Below, in pieces: positions 40,189 through 49,446 of a stretch of 64,000 nt of DNA. The notes below the pieces were generated by a model, which was not told the DNA's origin, searched no databases, and saw only the letters and a program-made list of their open reading frames with translations. Each line of letters begins with the position of its first letter. Position 1 is the first letter of the stretch. Made by a program: the position numbers and the translations under genes. Source of the stretch: Candidatus Nanosynbacter sp. (lineage in GTDB: Bacteria > Patescibacteriota > Saccharimonadia > Saccharimonadales > Saccharimonadaceae); the NCBI GenBank assembly GCA_015257455.1, contig JABZKD010000001.1, forward strand, positions 72,548-136,547. Direction: 5' to 3'.

Positions 40189-41097
40189 ATGAAAATCGCC
40201 ATTCTCTCCAACGGACCAAAGAACTACTCCACCACCCGTCTCTACGAAGAAGCTATCAAGCGTGGCCATGAGGTCGACATCATTAAGTATAAAAATTGTT
40301 ATCTTTCACTCTCCGAAAATAATCCCGTAGTTTACTATAACGGAGAAGCACTTCCTCACTACGACGCAATTTTACCTCGTATCGCCAATGGTCTCACCCG
40401 TTACGGCTGCGCCGTAGTTCGCCAATTTGAAATGAGCAACACTTGGACACTTTCTAGTTCGATCTCAATCACTCGTGTCCGCGACAAGCTTCGTTCTGCT
40501 CAAATTTTCGCCAAAGCTGGCATTGCTTCACCAAAAACCTTAGTCTCACGCAACACTGCAGACATTGATGACCTTCTTGAACAAATCGGTCTTCCAGCTA
40601 TCATCAAGCTTGCTACCGGTACACATGGTAATGGTGTAGTTCTAGCCGAAACCAAGAAAGCTGCCCGCTCTGCCTTGCAGGCTTTCTACCTCTATAACGA
40701 AGATGGTACCAACATTCTTATTCAAGAATACATAAAAGAATCTGCTGGCACCGATATTCGTGCTTTTGTGGTCGGCTCAAAGGTTGTTGCCTCAATGAAG
40801 CGTCAATCTCTTGACGATGATTTTCGCTCTAACCTCCATAAAGGCGGCATTGGTACGGCTATTAAACTTACTCCGGAAGAAGAAAAGCTCGCAATTAAAG
40901 CTGCCAAAGTCATGGGCCTCCATGTTGCCGGTGTCGACCTCATGCGCTCCGCTCGTGGTCCATTAATTCTCGAGGTCAATGCTTCACCAGGATTTGGCAT
41001 TGAAAAAGCTACCAACCGCAACGTCGCTCTGCCAATTATCAAATATATTGAACACAATGCAAAAGGCCGCACTCTTAAAGATAAAGTTGGCATCTAA
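40189..41097 (+). CDS. rimK: Alpha-L-glutamate ligase RimK (ATP-grasp)
   Basis: YSTTRL, GTHGNGV, QEYIKE..GTDIR, FRSNLHKGG, EVNASPG. Confidence 0.93.
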   Translation: MKIAILSNGPKNYSTTRLYEEAIKRGHEVDIIKYKNCYLSLSENNPVVYYNGEALPHYDAILPRIANGLTRYGCAVVRQFEMSNTWTLSSSISITRVRDKLRSAQIFAKAGIASPKTLVSRNTADIDDLLEQIGLPAIIKLATGTHGNGVVLAETKKAARSALQAFYLYNEDGTNILIQEYIKESAGTDIRAFVVGSKVVASMKRQSLDDDFRSNLHKGGIGTAIKLTPEEEKLAIKAAKVMGLHVAGVDLMRSARGPLILEVNASPGFGIEKATNRNVALPIIKYIEHNAKGRTLKDKVGI

Positions 41098-41190
41098 ACT
41101 AAAATCCCTATCACGATCTGGCACCTCTAGGTGTCAGATTTTTATATCTCTTTCAGCCCAGAACAAGCTATCATATAGTATAATTAACTT

Positions 41191-41640
41191 ATGATTATTT
41201 TACTTTTAATCGTCTTGCTCTTTATTCTATTCTCTATGCTTAGACGACATATTGGCATTGCTCTACTTGCCACTATCGCCGGTAACACCATTTATAGCAC
41301 CTTCGGCAACGATTTAACCGAATTATTTGCTAAATTTCTAAACGGCATCCCAGAAAATACAATTTCCAGCACTATCTACATCTCCCTAGTTTTTCTCTTT
41401 CCGTTGATTCTTTATTTCAAATCCAACAAAGACAGTCTTTTTGGCATTTTACGTTTTCTTGAAAGTTTGATTTACGCCGTGCTTTTGGTCTCCATCTGTG
41501 CAGCTAAAATCAATCTCCTTGTACCATTTGATGATATAAGCATCCAGCTTTTGAACTTCGTCGCCATCGTGCGTCCTTCGCTCCTGCTTTTTGCCATCAT
41601 TGTAGCCTACCTCGATATTCTTCTCAGCAAATCGAATTAA
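41191..41640 (+). CDS. Hypothetical membrane protein
   Basis: About 5 hydrophobic segments; TATAAT 6 nt upstream of ATG. Confidence 0.7.
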   Translation: MIILLLIVLLFILFSMLRRHIGIALLATIAGNTIYSTFGNDLTELFAKFLNGIPENTISSTIYISLVFLFPLILYFKSNKDSLFGILRFLESLIYAVLLVSICAAKINLLVPFDDISIQLLNFVAIVRPSLLLFAIIVAYLDILLSKSN

Positions 41641-42657
41641 TCCAAAAACTATCAGCCAAATTAAAAAGTACCACCATTTTTTCTTAGGCAATTCTAGGAT
41701 AAAGGACTCTTGCTCAGCTAAAGTATTTATCACAAATGTATGAATTTTCAATGGCCAAATTAGTATTTTTTCTAAACTGATCCCAAATATCAATAAATCA
41801 CCCAATACCGCAATCAATCCCACCGAACCCATAACAATGGGTAAACTCGGCAATAGTACCATATTCGCCAGAATCGAAAGCCAAGTAAATTTACCAAAGA
41901 AATATAGGCTGATTGGCAATGTTATTACAGAGATTACAATTGATGAAGTTAAAGGTTTTGCCAAAAATCCCGGCCTTCGATAAAGATCCTTTAACTCATC
42001 CTTAGTCCCATAAAAATAGCATGTAACTAACGGCACTATTTTTACTATGGCAAAATAAGCTAATACTGAAAGCCAGAAACCAATTTGCTTTACAAATTCT
42101 GGTCGAATTATCAAGCAAATACTCACAATTACCACTGTTGTTCGATAAACCGAAACGTTTCGGCCAAAGTATTTAATCGTCATCATTAAAGCCAACCCGA
42201 CTAACGCGCGCAAAATAGACGGACTAAAACCAATCATCATTGCATAGATGAAGCAGAAGATTAGCACAAAATAGGTTTTACTAATGATCGAAAAATGCTT
42301 AAAAACCAAACTCAAAATTCCAGCAATTATTGCAAGGTGAGTCCCAGAAACCGCAATTAAATGCATTACACCTACATTTTTCATATTATCTTTCTGTAAT
42401 GCAGTTAACTCATCTTTATTACCGGTCAAATAACTAATACCGAGCGCCAGCTCATCGTGCTCAGAGTATTTTAAGAGCTTATCTTTTAACAATTTAATAA
42501 AACCCTGTTCATTTGACGGTTTTTCAATATTCACTCTAGTGAAACTCGCCCTACTATTATCGCTCACTCCAAATAAATCTGGAGACCGACAGAAAACTCG
42601 TCCAGACGCAATTAAAATTAAGCCCACTATAAATAAATTTTCTATACGTATTTTCAT
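41449..42657 (-). CDS. comEC: ComEC/Rec2 competence channel domain protein (short)
   Basis: GVMHLIAVSGTHL, SPSILRA, GFWLS, SILAN motifs; SD GGAGG upstream. Confidence 0.88.
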   Translation of the reverse strand: MKIRIENLFIVGLILIASGRVFCRSPDLFGVSDNSRASFTRVNIEKPSNEQGFIKLLKDKLLKYSEHDELALGISYLTGNKDELTALQKDNMKNVGVMHLIAVSGTHLAIIAGILSLVFKHFSIISKTYFVLIFCFIYAMMIGFSPSILRALVGLALMMTIKYFGRNVSVYRTTVVIVSICLIIRPEFVKQIGFWLSVLAYFAIVKIVPLVTCYFYGTKDELKDLYRRPGFLAKPLTSSIVISVITLPISLYFFGKFTWLSILANMVLLPSLPIVMGSVGLIAVLGDLLIFGISLEKILIWPLKIHTFVINTLAEQESFILELPKKKWWYFLIWLIVFGLIRFAEKNIEVGYNDGKKQERRTHDGDEVQKLDAYIIKWYKEIDFSCTDGDQKHGVNQTFKKT

Positions 42658-42746
42658 TTACAACCTCCAAGCTCAACATAAAAAAACTTTCATTTTTTGG
42701 CAAGCATTTTTTGAATAAAACAAAGAATTACAGATTAAAAAATCTT

Positions 42747-42803
42747 AAGCATAAGCAAGTTGTTAAAAAGCCACATAAAAAGCATAAGCAAGTTATCAAA
42801 AAA
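42747..42803. repeat. 33-bp period direct repeat between divergent comEC and rlmD
   Basis: AAGCATAAGCAAGTT at 42747-42761 and 42780-42794, each followed by (G/A)T(T/C)AAAAA. Confidence 0.8.
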
Positions 42804-42905
42804 TTTAAAAACACCAAACCACCAGATATAAACTCTCGAAATTTTATCAATCCTAATATTTAAAAACTTGCGAAATTTTATATTTACTTTATGCTAGATA
42901 TTAAG

Positions 42906-44111
42906 ATGAAGCAGAAAAATCCAATTATCACCCCAGAAACCCCACTGGAAGTTATTAATTTCGCCACAACCGGACAGGGAATTGCGACCAATTCAGATGG
43001 TAAAAAAATCTTCCTGTGGAACGCCATGCCAGGAGAAAAAATCACCGAATATCAGGTTTTAAAACAAAAATCCCATCTCACCGAAGCCGTAGCTCTGAAA
43101 ATTAAAAACCCTAATCCACACCGCGTATTGCCGCGTGACGAACACTATCTTTCTAATTCACCTTGGCAAATTCTAGATATCAGCTACGAGAATTTAGTCA
43201 AAAAACAAATTATCGAAGAACTTTTTTCTAAGCTAGATGCACCAAAAATAGCCTTTGAGCCAAGTGATAATGAATATTTTTATCGCAATAAGATGGAATA
43301 TTCACTTTACTACGATCATGAAACCGCTAAAATTCATCCGGCTATTCACCGTCGTGGTTCACATCATAAAATCCCCATCCTCACTTCTTCACTCGAAAAT
43401 CCAGCCATTTATCATCGCGCCATGGAAATTATCAATGAGTTAAATGCTAAACAAGAAGATTCCAGAAAATATCAGTCTCTTCTTCTTCGTTGCAACCGTC
43501 AGGGCGAAGTTAGCGGTGGTCTTTATAAAAATTATCAACCCCATCCTATCTTTGAAAATCTGACAGATAAAATCTTGGGGTACGAATTTTCTTATTCTCC
43601 AAACGGATTCTTCCAAATCAATCTTCCAGAATATGAAAAAGTTTTACGAAAAATTAAAGATTTTATTAAAGACCAAAACAAAGTCGTTGACCTTTACTCC
43701 GGCGTTGGCACCATCGGATTAACTGTTGCTGGAGATAAAAATCTCACACTTGTCGAAGTTGATAAATTTGCTCACGGTGAACTACTAAATAATATTGAAT
43801 CGGTAAAATCTAGTACTGGCAACTCCGAAATCACTGGCATCCTCGCAAAATCTGAGGACATTTATGATCATATCGAGCATGGTTCAACTGTTATTGTTGA
43901 CCCGCCGCGCTCTGGTTGCGACTCTAAACTTATTGACACAATCAATCAAAAACTTCCCGAAAAACTTGTCTACCTATCCTGCAATCCTATCACCCAAGTA
44001 CGTGACCTCGAAAGGCTTACTCAAAATTATCAAATTACGGATGTTACCGGATATAATTTCTTCCCACACACACCACACATTGAATGTCTAGTCTTACTAG
44101 AGCGTAAATAA
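42906..44111 (+). CDS. rlmD: RlmD/TrmA-family RNA (uracil-5)-methyltransferase
   Basis: TRAM-like N-terminus, YRNKMEY, FFQIN, DLYSGVGTIG, VDPPRSG, YLSCNP.TQVRD, FPHTPHIE. Confidence 0.88.
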   Translation: MKQKNPIITPETPLEVINFATTGQGIATNSDGKKIFLWNAMPGEKITEYQVLKQKSHLTEAVALKIKNPNPHRVLPRDEHYLSNSPWQILDISYENLVKKQIIEELFSKLDAPKIAFEPSDNEYFYRNKMEYSLYYDHETAKIHPAIHRRGSHHKIPILTSSLENPAIYHRAMEIINELNAKQEDSRKYQSLLLRCNRQGEVSGGLYKNYQPHPIFENLTDKILGYEFSYSPNGFFQINLPEYEKVLRKIKDFIKDQNKVVDLYSGVGTIGLTVAGDKNLTLVEVDKFAHGELLNNIESVKSSTGNSEITGILAKSEDIYDHIEHGSTVIVDPPRSGCDSKLIDTINQKLPEKLVYLSCNPITQVRDLERLTQNYQITDVTGYNFFPHTPHIECLVLLERK

Positions 44112-44147
44112 AAGCGTAAAATATAAAAAACATAATCAAGGTAATCT

Positions 44148-44780
44148 ATGAACGATTTTTTACTACTCACTATAAAACTACTCATCGGCTTCCTCGCTCT
44201 CATTATCATTATCAATATTACCGGTAAGGGAAATCTTGCACCGACTTCCGCTAGTGATCAAATTCAAAATTATGTCCTTGGTGGTATTATTGGTGGCGTA
44301 ATTTACAATAATGATATTTCTATTTTAGAATTCATCACCATTTTAGCTATCTGGTGTTTCTTAGTACTTTCTCTAAAATGGATCAAAACCCACAACGTGC
44401 GTATTAAGCAAATCCTTGACGGAAAAGCATTAATCCTCGTTGATAATGGCAAGATTAATATTGATAATTGCCGAAAAATTAATCTTAGCGCCCATGATCT
44501 TGCTTTCAAATTACGCACTAATGGTGTTTATTCTACCGAAAAGATTAAGCGCGCGATTATTGAGCAAAATGGTAGTTTACTAGTTATCCATAAGGGTGAA
44601 GAAAACCCCAAATTTCCAATTATTACCGATGGTCAGGTCCAATTTGATATTCTAGAAGTCATCGGCAAAAATGAAAGCTGGCTAAAGCAAGAACTTAAAA
44701 AACACGGGATTACACATCCTAGCCAAGTTTTTCTTGGTGAGTATGAAGACGGAAAAGCTACCTTTACTCCATATCAATAG
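44148..44780 (+). CDS. DUF421 (YetF) family membrane protein
   Basis: GKGNLAPTSASDQIQNYVLGGIIGG, LRTNGV, EQNG. Confidence 0.9.
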   Translation: MNDFLLLTIKLLIGFLALIIIINITGKGNLAPTSASDQIQNYVLGGIIGGVIYNNDISILEFITILAIWCFLVLSLKWIKTHNVRIKQILDGKALILVDNGKINIDNCRKINLSAHDLAFKLRTNGVYSTEKIKRAIIEQNGSLLVIHKGEENPKFPIITDGQVQFDILEVIGKNESWLKQELKKHGITHPSQVFLGEYEDGKATFTPYQ

Positions 44781-44864
44781 TGAGGACTTATCTAAATCAC
44801 TTGACAGTTTTCACAATGTTCCTTTATTATCGTTTATGTTTAATTTAAAAAAGGAGGCTATTTT

Positions 44865-45140
44865 ATGAAGTCGAATAATATTAAAAATAAAATCAATACT
44901 ATTGTGGGGTCAATCGGAGCCTTTATTGGTATCTTTGTTTTCATTGCTTATATTCCACAGATTATTGCAAACATCAGTGGATCCAAAGGTCAACCTTGGC
45001 AGCCAGCTATGGCCGCTTTCTCGTGTCTAATTTGGGTAATTTATGGCTGGACTAAAGAGCCGAAAAAAGATTACATTCTAATTATTCCAAATGCTTTTGG
45101 TGTTATTCTGGGATTTCTCGCTTTTGTAACAGCCCTCTAG
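44865..45140 (+). CDS. SemiSWEET/PQ-loop family small transporter
   Basis: 3 TM; YIPQI, QP, LIWVIYG, PN motifs; SD AAGGAGG. Confidence 0.85.
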   Translation: MKSNNIKNKINTIVGSIGAFIGIFVFIAYIPQIIANISGSKGQPWQPAMAAFSCLIWVIYGWTKEPKKDYILIIPNAFGVILGFLAFVTAL

Positions 45141-45152
45141 TTAAAGGAAAAT

Positions 45153-45926
45153 ATGCAAAATTATCCCCCAAACAATTCCAGAAAGACTAAATCTACTCCA
45201 ATCACTTATCGACGAATGCGTAACCGCCTAGTTAAATACGGTGCCATTGGCTACATTCTCAATGCCGCTATTTACCTTATTACTGAATTCATTGCAGCTC
45301 TTGGCACCAATCAAGATCTAGGGTATGTCTACTCTAAGCAATTCATCAGTGCGCTGGGAGTGTATCCTGGACAAATCGCCGATGGTGTACCAAACAATTT
45401 TTCACCCCTTGCTATAGTGATGAATCTGGGTTTCATCGTCACCGCTTTCGGTTTTTCTATTAGCTATGCCTTATTGCTATATCCAAAACTTAAAGACAGA
45501 AACACTAAACTAGCCTGCAGTTTAATGATAGTAGCCATGCTATTCAGCATTGGTAGCCTCCTAGTTGGACTTTTTCAAGGTGGTGTCCACAACCAAGATT
45601 CCTTACATGGCATTGGCGCCAGATTATCATTTCTCATGGGAAATCTTACCTTACTTCTCGCCGGAATCTTTCTAAAACCAAATCATAAAATTTATCGCCT
45701 AACCGCTATACTACTTTCAATTATTGGCATTAGTTTTGCATTTCTTCTTCAATACGCCATCACAAATAAGCTAACTGAAGTAGCTGCCATCTACGAACGT
45801 CTCACAGTTTATCCTGTTACCACTTGGCAGATAATTACTGGTATAATCTTCTTAAAAGAATCCATCCAAACCAAATATAATCTTGCGCCAAGGACTAAAA
45901 AGGAGAACAAAGATGAGACCGAATAA
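45153..45926 (+). CDS. DUF998-like membrane protein
   Basis: Y....ISALG, SPLAIVMN, VGLF, LHGIGA, YERL motifs. Confidence 0.75.
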   Translation: MQNYPPNNSRKTKSTPITYRRMRNRLVKYGAIGYILNAAIYLITEFIAALGTNQDLGYVYSKQFISALGVYPGQIADGVPNNFSPLAIVMNLGFIVTAFGFSISYALLLYPKLKDRNTKLACSLMIVAMLFSIGSLLVGLFQGGVHNQDSLHGIGARLSFLMGNLTLLLAGIFLKPNHKIYRLTAILLSIIGISFAFLLQYAITNKLTEVAAIYERLTVYPVTTWQIITGIIFLKESIQTKYNLAPRTKKENKDETE

Positions 45927-48900
45927 AGAACAGCAAGCCGCCATTGAATATCTAGGCGGACCACTTCTGGTTTTAGCTGGTCCAGGTACCGGTAAGACGC
46001 AAATTATTTCTCAGCGCGTCGCTCACATCTTGAATGTTACCCAAACCAACCCAAGCAACATCCTTTGTCTCACTTTTACTGACGCCGCCGCCACCAACAT
46101 GCGCGACCGTCTACGCACCGTGATCGGTAACTCCGCTGATGAATTGAACATCATGACCTATCATTCCTTCGGCAAAACCATCATCGGGCGCTACCAGAAT
46201 TATGCCACCGAAATTGAACGTTTATCCGAAAAAAATATTAGCCCCGTCGAAGCGGAGAATTTCTTCCAGCAACTTCTTGACGAGCTACCTATTACTAATC
46301 CATTGCGAGCTAATAAAGCTAGCGAAGTATCCGGGTTAATCAATAAACTTAAAAATGCCAATCTCTCCATCGCCGACTTAACTACCAACCAGGAAGCCAA
46401 TCAAAAAGATATTGAAAATCTCAACCAAGCTCTCGCCGCCACCACCATTGGTAAAGCCAGTAGTGGTAATTTTGAAAGTAAATGTAAGGAACGCTATTTT
46501 CCGATTCTTACCGTATTAGGCCAAGTCAGTTCTTCCCATGATCAAAATATCTTACCGAACGTACCATATATTTCCAGCGAACTCTATCGCCAGATGCTTG
46601 ATCTTTATCAGTCTGAAATCGCCAAAGATAAACCTTCCATTGCAGCTCTAAAAAAATTTACCGATAAACACTTCACTTTAAATGCTAATGGGGTTTGTTA
46701 CTATAAACAAACTAACGATATTGTTAAATTTTCTACCATTCTAGATTTTTGTCAAAAATACCAGACCTATCTCGCCGACAGCCGTTTAGTTGACTATGCT
46801 GATATGATTCTTGAAGCCATTAAACATCTAGAGACTGACCCAGATTTTAAAGCCATGATGGCCGAGCAATTTCAATACATCATGCTTGATGAGTTTCAGG
46901 ATTCCAATCCGGCGCAAGTTCGTTTAATTCAACTTATTACCGACTACGATAAGCCGGAAATTATGGCCGTAGGTGATGACGACCAAACCATTTACGAATT
47001 TCAGGGTGCACTTTCTTCTAATCTCGTCGATTTTTATCAGCATTATCACGCCAAAATCATTATTCTTAAAGAAAATTATCGTTCAACCAGTGAAATCCTG
47101 GCTTTGTCACGTAAAATTGCCGACCAAATCCCCGATAGCTTTGTTAAATCCGAGTCCGTCCTAAACAGCCTGGGTGAAACTTCTGGTGACTTCACTAAAG
47201 ATCTTCATGCCGCCAGAAACTCAGAATTATCAAAAATCACTAGTGACGATCAGGCGCTTCAACCAATCAACCACCCAAACACTCGTATTTCTCGCCATCA
47301 CTTCAGTGATACCATTTCTGAGTACCAGTGGGTCGCTGAAACCATCCATAATCTTATCCAAAGTGGGGAAGAGCAAAAAAATATTGCCATTATCGCTCGA
47401 AAACACGATGTCTTAAAGGCGATACTGCCGTATCTTCGCAAATACGACAATATTAATGTCACTTATGAACGAAAGGAAAATATTCTTGAAGATGCCAAAA
47501 TCAAAGAACTTCATGACCTACTTCGTGTCATTCACCAGCTCACATCTGGACAAGACCCCCTTGATTTACTTGCAGAAATTATGAGCGCCGACTATCTCGG
47601 ACTTAATCCACTTGATTTTGTGCAACTAGTTCACACTGGATATCACGACCATCGTCATTTTCTCGATTATCTACTCGGTTATCAAAAACTTCCCGCCGTA
47701 CAAAATTTTGCCAAATTCCTCGCTGAACTTGCCAAAAAATCTCTCACCTCGTCTGTCGAAGATATGATAAATTTCCTCATCAACTTAAAACCAATCTATC
47801 TTGATCTTGAAACTTCAGAAGCAAATTCTAAGTCCACTATCATTGATCCACTCGAGACTAACTCAGAATCTGCCGACCCTACCAAAAAATCTCTTTATAT
47901 TTCACCATTTGTGCCAAATCTTGACTATGAAAATCCAGAAACCCTATCTAAGCAGCTAACTTCCAAAGAAGTTCGCCAGATGGTAGATTTTTACCAAAAT
48001 CTCGCCACTCTCAAGGAAGCATTTTACGATTTCACCAAGACCGAACACCCAAAGCTCGCCGACTATATTGATTTTCTCGATAAGTATCAAGCCACCAATA
48101 CTGCTATTCAAAAATCTGCAATTTTCTCCGATGGCCAAAACGCTATCACTCTAATCTCCGCCCATAAATCTAAAGGTCTTGAATTCAAACACGTCTTCCT
48201 CCTTGACCTTTCTGACGCTCATTGGAATCAGAATCGTGGGTCGCAGGGAATTAAACCACCATTTAATCTGACTTTTGTCAATGGAGCTACCGAAAGTGAA
48301 GGATGTAATCTACGTCTCCTCTTTGTGGCCATGACTCGTGCCGCCAAATCTCTCACCATGACCAGTGCTACTATTAATCACAACCAGAGCACTACCAAGC
48401 CGCTTGGCATGATGATGGAGATAAATGAGGAAAAAGTTATTAAAACCTCTCCGTTACTAGAAGCGCCTGAAATCTTCCAGCATCCGTCCGATAATTCTGA
48501 AATTACCGAATTACAGCATCTAAAATCTACCTGGCTCGACAAATATCTCGATCCAAAAGACGATTTACTCAAATATCTTCACGCCAAAGCCGACAATATT
48601 TGGCTTTCTGCCACCGATGTTTCAAATTTCGTAGATCTCGAATATAACGGTCCATTAAATTTCTACCGCAACCGTCTCATTGGCGCACCACGCCGTATTG
48701 AAAATGTGGTGAATATTGAAAAGGGTAATCTGATTCACAAATGTTTTGAGATGATTACTAATCAAAAAATCACCGCTGAGCAGGCCCTTGAATATTACCT
48801 TGAAACTGCCAAAAATCTTGATCTTTCGGAGCGTGAAATCGAAGATCTCATTACCATTGGTAAAACCGAATTGCTTCAAAGTATCGAGTATTTCCACGAC

Positions 48901-49446
48901 ATTCTCTTTGACGAGCATGCTAAGGCCGAAGTTTCATTTAGTTATGAAAAACTTTCCTTCGAAGGTGTCCCTATCACCGGTACCATCGATCACCTCACCA
49001 TCGACAAACAAAATAAAACTATTCGTATCTACGATTTCAAAACCTCAACTGGCATGCAAGAAAAGGATACCTGGAAAAATAACAAAAAACTTTTCATCTA
49101 TACCATTCAGCTGCTTTTCTATTACTATCTTGTCACCACTTCGCCAACCTATAAAAATTACACCATCGAATCTATGAGCTTACTTTTCGTTCTTCCAAGC
49201 TATAAAAACGTCAAACCAGGCGAGCCAGGTGAATTCTTCGAAAAAACCATCACTAAATCCGAAATCGCTGAATTTGATATCGACATTCCGAAACTCATTC
49301 ACGCCATCCGACATCAACTAGATACCTTGGATTTCTTAAATACCGAATCCTTTGCCTGCAAACCAGTCGGATACACCACCAAGAAAGCTGAGATTATCGA
49401 CTTCGCCAACCAGCTAATCGCCGACTATGATAAAATTAAAGAGTAA
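45913..49446 (+). CDS. UvrD/PcrA-like SF1 helicase fused to C-terminal PD-(D/E)xK nuclease (AdnB/AddA-like)
   Basis: AGPGTGKT, DEFQD, VGDDDQTIY.FQGA, NYRS, HKSKGLEF, FVAMTRA; C-terminal G..IH, GTIDHL, IYDFKT, QL..Y. Confidence 0.9.
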   Translation: MRPNKEQQAAIEYLGGPLLVLAGPGTGKTQIISQRVAHILNVTQTNPSNILCLTFTDAAATNMRDRLRTVIGNSADELNIMTYHSFGKTIIGRYQNYATEIERLSEKNISPVEAENFFQQLLDELPITNPLRANKASEVSGLINKLKNANLSIADLTTNQEANQKDIENLNQALAATTIGKASSGNFESKCKERYFPILTVLGQVSSSHDQNILPNVPYISSELYRQMLDLYQSEIAKDKPSIAALKKFTDKHFTLNANGVCYYKQTNDIVKFSTILDFCQKYQTYLADSRLVDYADMILEAIKHLETDPDFKAMMAEQFQYIMLDEFQDSNPAQVRLIQLITDYDKPEIMAVGDDDQTIYEFQGALSSNLVDFYQHYHAKIIILKENYRSTSEILALSRKIADQIPDSFVKSESVLNSLGETSGDFTKDLHAARNSELSKITSDDQALQPINHPNTRISRHHFSDTISEYQWVAETIHNLIQSGEEQKNIAIIARKHDVLKAILPYLRKYDNINVTYERKENILEDAKIKELHDLLRVIHQLTSGQDPLDLLAEIMSADYLGLNPLDFVQLVHTGYHDHRHFLDYLLGYQKLPAVQNFAKFLAELAKKSLTSSVEDMINFLINLKPIYLDLETSEANSKSTIIDPLETNSESADPTKKSLYISPFVPNLDYENPETLSKQLTSKEVRQMVDFYQNLATLKEAFYDFTKTEHPKLADYIDFLDKYQATNTAIQKSAIFSDGQNAITLISAHKSKGLEFKHVFLLDLSDAHWNQNRGSQGIKPPFNLTFVNGATESEGCNLRLLFVAMTRAAKSLTMTSATINHNQSTTKPLGMMMEINEEKVIKTSPLLEAPEIFQHPSDNSEITELQHLKSTWLDKYLDPKDDLLKYLHAKADNIWLSATDVSNFVDLEYNGPLNFYRNRLIGAPRRIENVVNIEKGNLIHKCFEMITNQKITAEQALEYYLETAKNLDLSEREIEDLITIGKTELLQSIEYFHDILFDEHAKAEVSFSYEKLSFEGVPITGTIDHLTIDKQNKTIRIYDFKTSTGMQEKDTWKNNKKLFIYTIQLLFYYYLVTTSPTYKNYTIESMSLLFVLPSYKNVKPGEPGEFFEKTITKSEIAEFDIDIPKLIHAIRHQLDTLDFLNTESFACKPVGYTTKKAEIIDFANQLIADYDKIKE

